DNA of 64,000 nucleotides from Giardia intestinalis (Eukaryota): NCBI GenBank assembly GCA_000002435.2, contig CM018793.1; one strand, 5' to 3'. Shown piece by piece: positions 55,101 to 64,000 of this stretch (position 1 is its first letter; each line of letters starts with the position of its first letter). The notes under the pieces were generated by a model. It saw only the letters and a program-made list of their open reading frames with translations, ran no database searches and was not told where the DNA came from. The position numbers and the translations under genes were made by a program.

Positions 55101-58100
55101 NNNNNNNNNNNNNNNNNNNNNNNNNNNNNNNNNNNNNNNNNNNNNNNNNNNNNNNNNNNNNNNNNNNNNNNNNNNNNNNNNNNNNNNNNNNNNNNNNNNN
55201 NNNNNNNNNNNNNNNNNNNNNNNNNNNNNNNNNNNNNNNNNNNNNNNNNNNNNNNNNNNNNNNNNNNNNNNNNNNNNNNNNNNNNNNNNNNNNNNNNNNN
55301 NNNNNNNNNNNNNNNNNNNNNNNNNNNNNNNNNNNNNNNNNNNNNNNNNNNNNNNNNNNNNNNNNNNNNNNNNNNNNNNNNNNNNNNNNNNNNNNNNNNN
55401 NNNNNNNNNNNNNNNNNNNNNNNNNNNNNNNNNNNNNNNNNNNNNNNNNNNNNNNNNNNNNNNNNNNNNNNNNNNNNNNNNNNNNNNNNNNNNNNNNNNN
55501 NNNNNNNNNNNNNNNNNNNNNNNNNNNNNNNNNNNNNNNNNNNNNNNNNNNNNNNNNNNNNNNNNNNNNNNNNNNNNNNNNNNNNNNNNNNNNNNNNNNN
55601 NNNNNNNNNNNNNNNNNNNNNNNNNNNNNNNNNNNNNNNNNNNNNNNNNNNNNNNNNNNNNNNNNNNNNNNNNNNNNNNNNNNNNNNNNNNNNNNNNNNN
55701 NNNNNNNNNNNNNNNNNNNNNNNNNNNNNNNNNNNNNNNNNNNNNNNNNNNNNNNNNNNNNNNNNNNNNNNNNNNNNNNNNNNNNNNNNNNNNNNNNNNN
55801 NNNNNNNNNNNNNNNNNNNNNNNNNNNNNNNNNNNNNNNNNNNNNNNNNNNNNNNNNNNNNNNNNNNNNNNNNNNNNNNNNNNNNNNNNNNNNNNNNNNN
55901 NNNNNNNNNNNNNNNNNNNNNNNNNNNNNNNNNNNNNNNNNNNNNNNNNNNNNNNNNNNNNNNNNNNNNNNNNNNNNNNNNNNNNNNNNNNNNNNNNNNN
56001 NNNNNNNNNNNNNNNNNNNNNNNNNNNNNNNNNNNNNNNNNNNNNNNNNNNNNNNNNNNNNNNNNNNNNNNNNNNNNNNNNNNNNNNNNNNNNNNNNNNN
56101 NNNNNNNNNNNNNNNNNNNNNNNNNNNNNNNNNNNNNNNNNNNNNNNNNNNNNNNNNNNNNNNNNNNNNNNNNNNNNNNNNNNNNNNNNNNNNNNNNNNN
56201 NNNNNNNNNNNNNNNNNNNNNNNNNNNNNNNNNNNNNNNNNNNNNNNNNNNNNNNNNNNNNNNNNNNNNNNNNNNNNNNNNNNNNNNNNNNNNNNNNNNN
56301 NNNNNNNNNNNNNNNNNNNNNNNNNNNNNNNNNNNNNNNNNNNNNNNNNNNNNNNNNNNNNNNNNNNNNNNNNNNNNNNNNNNNNNNNNNNNNNNNNNNN
56401 NNNNNNNNNNNNNNNNNNNNNNNNNNNNNNNNNNNNNNNNNNNNNNNNNNNNNNNNNNNNNNNNNNNNNNNNNNNNNNNNNNNNNNNNNNNNNNNNNNNN
56501 NNNNNNNNNNNNNNNNNNNNNNNNNNNNNNNNNNNNNNNNNNNNNNNNNNNNNNNNNNNNNNNNNNNNNNNNNNNNNNNNNNNNNNNNNNNNNNNNNNNN
56601 NNNNNNNNNNNNNNNNNNNNNNNNNNNNNNNNNNNNNNNNNNNNNNNNNNNNNNNNNNNNNNNNNNNNNNNNNNNNNNNNNNNNNNNNNNNNNNNNNNNN
56701 NNNNNNNNNNNNNNNNNNNNNNNNNNNNNNNNNNNNNNNNNNNNNNNNNNNNNNNNNNNNNNNNNNNNNNNNNNNNNNNNNNNNNNNNNNNNNNNNNNNN
56801 NNNNNNNNNNNNNNNNNNNNNNNNNNNNNNNNNNNNNNNNNNNNNNNNNNNNNNNNNNNNNNNNNNNNNNNNNNNNNNNNNNNNNNNNNNNNNNNNNNNN
56901 NNNNNNNNNNNNNNNNNNNNNNNNNNNNNNNNNNNNNNNNNNNNNNNNNNNNNNNNNNNNNNNNNNNNNNNNNNNNNNNNNNNNNNNNNNNNNNNNNNNN
57001 NNNNNNNNNNNNNNNNNNNNNNNNNNNNNNNNNNNNNNNNNNNNNNNNNNNNNNNNNNNNNNNNNNNNNNNNNNNNNNNNNNNNNNNNNNNNNNNNNNNN
57101 NNNNNNNNNNNNNNNNNNNNNNNNNNNNNNNNNNNNNNNNNNNNNNNNNNNNNNNNNNNNNNNNNNNNNNNNNNNNNNNNNNNNNNNNNNNNNNNNNNNN
57201 NNNNNNNNNNNNNNNNNNNNNNNNNNNNNNNNNNNNNNNNNNNNNNNNNNNNNNNNNNNNNNNNNNNNNNNNNNNNNNNNNNNNNNNNNNNNNNNNNNNN
57301 NNNNNNNNNNNNNNNNNNNNNNNNNNNNNNNNNNNNNNNNNNNNNNNNNNNNNNNNNNNNNNNNNNNNNNNNNNNNNNNNNNNNNNNNNNNNNNNNNNNN
57401 NNNNNNNNNNNNNNNNNNNNNNNNNNNNNNNNNNNNNNNNNNNNNNNNNNNNNNNNNNNNNNNNNNNNNNNNNNNNNNNNNNNNNNNNNNNNNNNNNNNN
57501 NNNNNNNNNNNNNNNNNNNNNNNNNNNNNNNNNNNNNNNNNNNNNNNNNNNNNNNNNNNNNNNNNNNNNNNNNNNNNNNNNNNNNNNNNNNNNNNNNNNN
57601 NNNNNNNNNNNNNNNNNNNNNNNNNNNNNNNNNNNNNNNNNNNNNNNNNNNNNNNNNNNNNNNNNNNNNNNNNNNNNNNNNNNNNNNNNNNNNNNNNNNN
57701 NNNNNNNNNNNNNNNNNNNNNNNNNNNNNNNNNNNNNNNNNNNNNNNNNNNNNNNNNNNNNNNNNNNNNNNNNNNNNNNNNNNNNNNNNNNNNNNNNNNN
57801 NNNNNNNNNNNNNNNNNNNNNNNNNNNNNNNNNNNNNNNNNNNNNNNNNNNNNNNNNNNNNNNNNNNNNNNNNNNNNNNNNNNNNNNNNNNNNNNNNNNN
57901 NNNNNNNNNNNNNNNNNNNNNNNNNNNNNNNNNNNNNNNNNNNNNNNNNNNNNNNNNNNNNNNNNNNNNNNNNNNNNNNNNNNNNNNNNNNNNNNNNNNN
58001 NNNNNNNNNNNNNNNNNNNNNNNNNNNNNNNNNNNNNNNNNNNNNNNNNNNNNNNNNNNNNNNNNNNNNNNNNNNNNNNNNNNNNNNNNNNNNNNNNNNN

Positions 58101-61100
58101 NNNNNNNNNNNNNNNNNNNNNNNNNNNNNNNNNNNNNNNNNNNNNNNNNNNNNNNNNNNNNNNNNNNNNNNNNNNNNNNNNNNNNNNNNNNNNNNNNNNN
58201 NNNNNNNNNNNNNNNNNNNNNNNNNNNNNNNNNNNNNNNNNNNNNNNNNNNNNNNNNNNNNNNNNNNNNNNNNNNNNNNNNNNNNNNNNNNNNNNNNNNN
58301 NNNNNNNNNNNNNNNNNNNNNNNNNNNNNNNNNNNNNNNNNNNNNNNNNNNNNNNNNNNNNNNNNNNNNNNNNNNNNNNNNNNNNNNNNNNNNNNNNNNN
58401 NNNNNNNNNNNNNNNNNNNNNNNNNNNNNNNNNNNNNNNNNNNNNNNNNNNNNNNNNNNNNNNNNNNNNNNNNNNNNNNNNNNNNNNNNNNNNNNNNNNN
58501 NNNNNNNNNNNNNNNNNNNNNNNNNNNNNNNNNNNNNNNNNNNNNNNNNNNNNNNNNNNNNNNNNNNNNNNNNNNNNNNNNNNNNNNNNNNNNNNNNNNN
58601 NNNNNNNNNNNNNNNNNNNNNNNNNNNNNNNNNNNNNNNNNNNNNNNNNNNNNNNNNNNNNNNNNNNNNNNNNNNNNNNNNNNNNNNNNNNNNNNNNNNN
58701 NNNNNNNNNNNNNNNNNNNNNNNNNNNNNNNNNNNNNNNNNNNNNNNNNNNNNNNNNNNNNNNNNNNNNNNNNNNNNNNNNNNNNNNNNNNNNNNNNNNN
58801 NNNNNNNNNNNNNNNNNNNNNNNNNNNNNNNNNNNNNNNNNNNNNNNNNNNNNNNNNNNNNNNNNNNNNNNNNNNNNNNNNNNNNNNNNNNNNNNNNNNN
58901 NNNNNNNNNNNNNNNNNNNNNNNNNNNNNNNNNNNNNNNNNNNNNNNNNNNNNNNNNNNNNNNNNNNNNNNNNNNNNNNNNNNNNNNNNNNNNNNNNNNN
59001 NNNNNNNNNNNNNNNNNNNNNNNNNNNNNNNNNNNNNNNNNNNNNNNNNNNNNNNNNNNNNNNNNNNNNNNNNNNNNNNNNNNNNNNNNNNNNNNNNNNN
59101 NNNNNNNNNNNNNNNNNNNNNNNNNNNNNNNNNNNNNNNNNNNNNNNNNNNNNNNNNNNNNNNNNNNNNNNNNNNNNNNNNNNNNNNNNNNNNNNNNNNN
59201 NNNNNNNNNNNNNNNNNNNNNNNNNNNNNNNNNNNNNNNNNNNNNNNNNNNNNNNNNNNNNNNNNNNNNNNNNNNNNNNNNNNNNNNNNNNNNNNNNNNN
59301 NNNNNNNNNNNNNNNNNNNNNNNNNNNNNNNNNNNNNNNNNNNNNNNNNNNNNNNNNNNNNNNNNNNNNNNNNNNNNNNNNNNNNNNNNNNNNNNNNNNN
59401 NNNNNNNNNNNNNNNNNNNNNNNNNNNNNNNNNNNNNNNNNNNNNNNNNNNNNNNNNNNNNNNNNNNNNNNNNNNNNNNNNNNNNNNNNNNNNNNNNNNN
59501 NNNNNNNNNNNNNNNNNNNNNNNNNNNNNNNNNNNNNNNNNNNNNNNNNNNNNNNNNNNNNNNNNNNNNNNNNNNNNNNNNNNNNNNNNNNNNNNNNNNN
59601 NNNNNNNNNNNNNNNNNNNNNNNNNNNNNNNNNNNNNNNNNNNNNNNNNNNNNNNNNNNNNNNNNNNNNNNNNNNNNNNNNNNNNNNNNNNNNNNNNNNN
59701 NNNNNNNNNNNNNNNNNNNNNNNNNNNNNNNNNNNNNNNNNNNNNNNNNNNNNNNNNNNNNNNNNNNNNNNNNNNNNNNNNNNNNNNNNNNNNNNNNNNN
59801 NNNNNNNNNNNNNNNNNNNNNNNNNNNNNNNNNNNNNNNNNNNNNNNNNNNNNNNNNNNNNNNNNNNNNNNNNNNNNNNNNNNNNNNNNNNNNNNNNNNN
59901 NNNNNNNNNNNNNNNNNNNNNNNNNNNNNNNNNNNNNNNNNNNNNNNNNNNNNNNNNNNNNNNNNNNNNNNNNNNNNNNNNNNNNNNNNNNNNNNNNNNN
60001 NNNNNNNNNNNNNNNNNNNNNNNNNNNNNNNNNNNNNNNNNNNNNNNNNNNNNNNNNNNNNNNNNNNNNNNNNNNNNNNNNNNNNNNNNNNNNNNNNNNN
60101 NNNNNNNNNNNNNNNNNNNNNNNNNNNNNNNNNNNNNNNNNNNNNNNNNNNNNNNNNNNNNNNNNNNNNNNNNNNNNNNNNNNNNNNNNNNNNNNNNNNN
60201 NNNNNNNNNNNNNNNNNNNNNNNNNNNNNNNNNNNNNNNNNNNNNNNNNNNNNNNNNNNNNNNNNNNNNNNNNNNNNNNNNNNNNNNNNNNNNNNNNNNN
60301 NNNNNNNNNNNNNNNNNNNNNNNNNNNNNNNNNNNNNNNNNNNNNNNNNNNNNNNNNNNNNNNNNNNNNNNNNNNNNNNNNNNNNNNNNNNNNNNNNNNN
60401 NNNNNNNNNNNNNNNNNNNNNNNNNNNNNNNNNNNNNNNNNNNNNNNNNNNNNNNNNNNNNNNNNNNNNNNNNNNNNNNNNNNNNNNNNNNNNNNNNNNN
60501 NNNNNNNNNNNNNNNNNNNNNNNNNNNNNNNNNNNNNNNNNNNNNNNNNNNNNNNNNNNNNNNNNNNNNNNNNNNNNNNNNNNNNNNNNNNNNNNNNNNN
60601 NNNNNNNNNNNNNNNNNNNNNNNNNNNNNNNNNNNNNNNNNNNNNNNNNNNNNNNNNNNNNNNNNNNNNNNNNNNNNNNNNNNNNNNNNNNNNNNNNNNN
60701 NNNNNNNNNNNNNNNNNNNNNNNNNNNNNNNNNNNNNNNNNNNNNNNNNNNNNNNNNNNNNNNNNNNNNNNNNNNNNNNNNNNNNNNNNNNNNNNNNNNN
60801 NNNNNNNNNNNNNNNNNNNNNNNNNNNNNNNNNNNNNNNNNNNNNNNNNNNNNNNNNNNNNNNNNNNNNNNNNNNNNNNNNNNNNNNNNNNNNNNNNNNN
60901 NNNNNNNNNNNNNNNNNNNNNNNNNNNNNNNNNNNNNNNNNNNNNNNNNNNNNNNNNNNNNNNNNNNNNNNNNNNNNNNNNNNNNNNNNNNNNNNNNNNN
61001 NNNNNNNNNNNNNNNNNNNNNNNNNNNNNNNNNNNNNNNNNNNNNNNNNNNNNNNNNNNNNNNNNNNNNNNNNNNNNNNNNNNNNNNNNNNNNNNNNNNN

Positions 61101-64000
61101 NNNNNNNNNNNNNNNNNNNNNNNNNNNNNNNNNNNNNNNNNNNNNNNNNNNNNNNNNNNNNNNNNNNNNNNNNNNNNNNNNNNNNNNNNNNNNNNNNNNN
61201 NNNNNNNNNNNNNNNNNNNNNNNNNNNNNNNNNNNNNNNNNNNNNNNNNNNNNNNNNNNNNNNNNNNNNNNNNNNNNNNNNNNNNNNNNNNNNNNNNNNN
61301 NNNNNNNNNNNNNNNNNNNNNNNNNNNNNNNNNNNNNNNNNNNNNNNNNNNNNNNNNNNNNNNNNNNNNNNNNNNNNNNNNNNNNNNNNNNNNNNNNNNN
61401 NNNNNNNNNNNNNNNNNNNNNNNNNNNNNNNNNNNNNNNNNNNNNNNNNNNNNNNNNNNNNNNNNNNNNNNNNNNNNNNNNNNNNNNNNNNNNNNNNNNN
61501 NNNNNNNNNNNNNNNNNNNNNNNNNNNNNNNNNNNNNNNNNNNNNNNNNNNNNNNNNNNNNNNNNNNNNNNNNNNNNNNNNNNNNNNNNNNNNNNNNNNN
61601 NNNNNNNNNNNNNNNNNNNNNNNNNNNNNNNNNNNNNNNNNNNNNNNNNNNNNNNNNNNNNNNNNNNNNNNNNNNNNNNNNNNNNNNNNNNNNNNNNNNN
61701 NNNNNNNNNNNNNNNNNNNNNNNNNNNNNNNNNNNNNNNNNNNNNNNNNNNNNNNNNNNNNNNNNNNNNNNNNNNNNNNNNNNNNNNNNNNNNNNNNNNN
61801 NNNNNNNNNNNNNNNNNNNNNNNNNNNNNNNNNNNNNNNNNNNNNNNNNNNNNNNNNNNNNNNNNNNNNNNNNNNNNNNNNNNNNNNNNNNNNNNNNNNN
61901 NNNNNNNNNNNNNNNNNNNNNNNNNNNNNNNNNNNNNNNNNNNNNNNNNNNNNNNNNNNNNNNNNNNNNNNNNNNNNNNNNNNNNNNNNNNNNNNNNNNN
62001 NNNNNNNNNNNNNNNNNNNNNNNNNNNNNNNNNNNNNNNNNNNNNNNNNNNNNNNNNNNNNNNNNNNNNNNNNNNNNNNNNNNNNNNNNNNNNNNNNNNN
62101 NNNNNNNNNNNNNNNNNNNNNNNNNNNNNNNNNNNNNNNNNNNNNNNNNNNNNNNNNNNNNNNNNNNNNNNNNNNNNNNNNNNNNNNNNNNNNNNNNNNN
62201 NNNNNNNNNNNNNNNNNNNNNNNNNNNNNNNNNNNNNNNNNNNNNNNNNNNNNNNNNNNNNNNNNNNNNNNNNNNNNNNNNNNNNNNNNNNNNNNNNNNN
62301 NNNNNNNNNNNNNNNNNNNNNNNNNNNNNNNNNNNNNNNNNNNNNNNNNNNNNNNNNNNNNNNNNNNNNNNNNNNNNNNNNNNNNNNNNNNNNNNNNNNN
62401 NNNNNNNNNNNNNNNNNNNNNNNNNNNNNNNNNNNNNNNNNNNNNNNNNNNNNNNNNNNNNNNNNNNNNNNNNNNNNNNNNNNNNNNNNNNNNNNNNNNN
62501 NNNNNNNNNNNNNNNNNNNNNNNNNNNNNNNNNNNNNNNNNNNNNNNNNNNNNNNNNNNNNNNNNNNNNNNNNNNNNNNNNNNNNNNNNNNNNNNNNNNN
62601 NNNNNNNNNNNNNNNNNNNNNNNNNNNNNNNNNNNNNNNNNNNNNNNNNNNNNNNNNNNNNNNNNNNNNNNNNNNNNNNNNNNNNNNNNNNNNNNNNNNN
62701 NNNNNNNNNNNNNNNNNNNNNNNNNNNNNNNNNNNNNNNNNNNNNNNNNNNNNNNNNNNNNNNNNNNNNNNNNNNNNNNNNNNNNNNNNNNNNNNNNNNN
62801 NNNNNNNNNNNNNNNNNNNNNNNNNNNNNNNNNNNNNNNNNNNNNNNNNNNNNNNNNNNNNNNNNNNNNNNNNNNNNNNNNNNNNNNNNNNNNNNNNNNN
62901 NNNNNNNNNNNNNNNNNNNNNNNNNNNNNNNNNNNNNNNNNNNNNNNNNNNNNNNNNNNNNNNNNNNNNNNNNNNNNNNNNNNNNNNNNNNNNNNNNNNN
63001 NNNNNNNNNNNNNNNNNNNNNNNNNNNNNNNNNNNNNNNNNNNNNNNNNNNNNNNNNNNNNNNNNNNNNNNNNNNNNNNNNNNNNNNNNNNNNNNNNNNN
63101 NNNNNNNNNNNNNNNNNNNNNNNNNNNNNNNNNNNNNNNNNNNNNNNNNNNNNNNNNNNNNNNNNNNNNNNNNNNNNNNNNNNNNNNNNNNNNNNNNNNN
63201 NNNNNNNNNNNNNNNNNNNNNNNNNNNNNNNNNNNNNNNNNNNNNNNNNNNNNNNNNNNNNNNNNNNNNNNNNNNNNNNNNNNNNNNNNNNNNNNNNNNN
63301 NNNNNNNNNNNNNNNNNNNNNNNNNNNNNNNNNNNNNNNNNNNNNNNNNNNNNNNNNNNNNNNNNNNNNNNNNNNNNNNNNNNNNNNNNNNNNNNNNNNN
63401 NNNNNNNNNNNNNNNNNNNNNNNNNNNNNNNNNNNNNNNNNNNNNNNNNNNNNNNNNNNNNNNNNNNNNNNNNNNNNNNNNNNNNNNNNNNNNNNNNNNN
63501 NNNNNNNNNNNNNNNNNNNNNNNNNNNNNNNNNNNNNNNNNNNNNNNNNNNNNNNNNNNNNNNNNNNNNNNNNNNNNNNNNNNNNNNNNNNNNNNNNNNN
63601 NNNNNNNNNNNNNNNNNNNNNNNNNNNNNNNNNNNNNNNNNNNNNNNNNNNNNNNNNNNNNNNNNNNNNNNNNNNNNNNNNNNNNNNNNNNNNNNNNNNN
63701 NNNNNNNNNNNNNNNNNNNNNNNNNNNNNNNNNNNNNNNNNNNNNNNNNNNNNNNNNNNNNNNNNNNNNNNNNNNNNNNNNNNNNNNNNNNNNNNNNNNN
63801 NNNNNNNNNNNNNNNNNNNNNNNNNNNNNNNNNNNNNNNNNNNNNNNNNNNNNNNNNNNNNNNNNNNNNNNNNNNNNNNNNNNNNNNNNNNNNNNNNNNN
63901 NNNNNNNNNNNNNNNNNNNNNNNNNNNNNNNNNNNNNNNNNNNNNNNNNNNNNNNNNNNNNNNNNNNNNNNNNNNNNNNNNNNNNNNNNNNNNNNNNNNN
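1196..64000. other. Assembly gap: an uninterrupted run of N (62,805 positions) with no sequence information.
   Basis: Every base from 1196 to the window end is 'n'. The last determined base is c at 1195. Confidence 0.99.

Noticed and set aside
1196..64000. Treating the N run as low-complexity or repeat DNA, or as hiding a describable system
   Set aside because: N denotes undetermined bases. No biological inference can be drawn from it.

Overview
Only bases 1-1195 of this 64,000-base window are determined sequence. Positions 1196-64000 are a single uninterrupted run of N (62,805 bases, an assembly gap), so nothing about a larger gene system can be read from this window. The readable 1.2 kb is eukaryotic, not prokaryotic. 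The minus strand carries two tandem, same-orientation, cysteine-rich surface-protein genes of the Giardia variant-specific surface protein (VSP) type. The upstream one (580..~1073 or beyond, minus strand) ends with the canonical VSP C-terminus: CXXC-rich ectodomain, the conserved ...[28 protein letters not shown] transmembrane segment, and the invariant CRGKA cytoplasmic tail. A TGA stop follows, and then an AGTGAAT motif matching the Giardia polyadenylation signal AGTRAAY 8 nt downstream. Its reading frame is broken once (~925-936), and its 5' end is lost in the GC-rich contig edge and gap. Fifty-three bp downstream on the same strand, a second CXXC-rich VSP/HCMP-like ORF starts at ATGATG (526..521). 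It continues off the window start and is also broken by an apparent single-nucleotide frameshift near 365-371. The two genes differ sharply in base composition and codon choice. The supplied ORF track calls TTG and GTG starts as M (a bacterial-style caller), and several listed ORFs are alternate-frame or antisense artefacts of the GC-rich VSP coding region. There is no evidence for a novel multi-gene system in the readable part, because the gap prevents any assessment.
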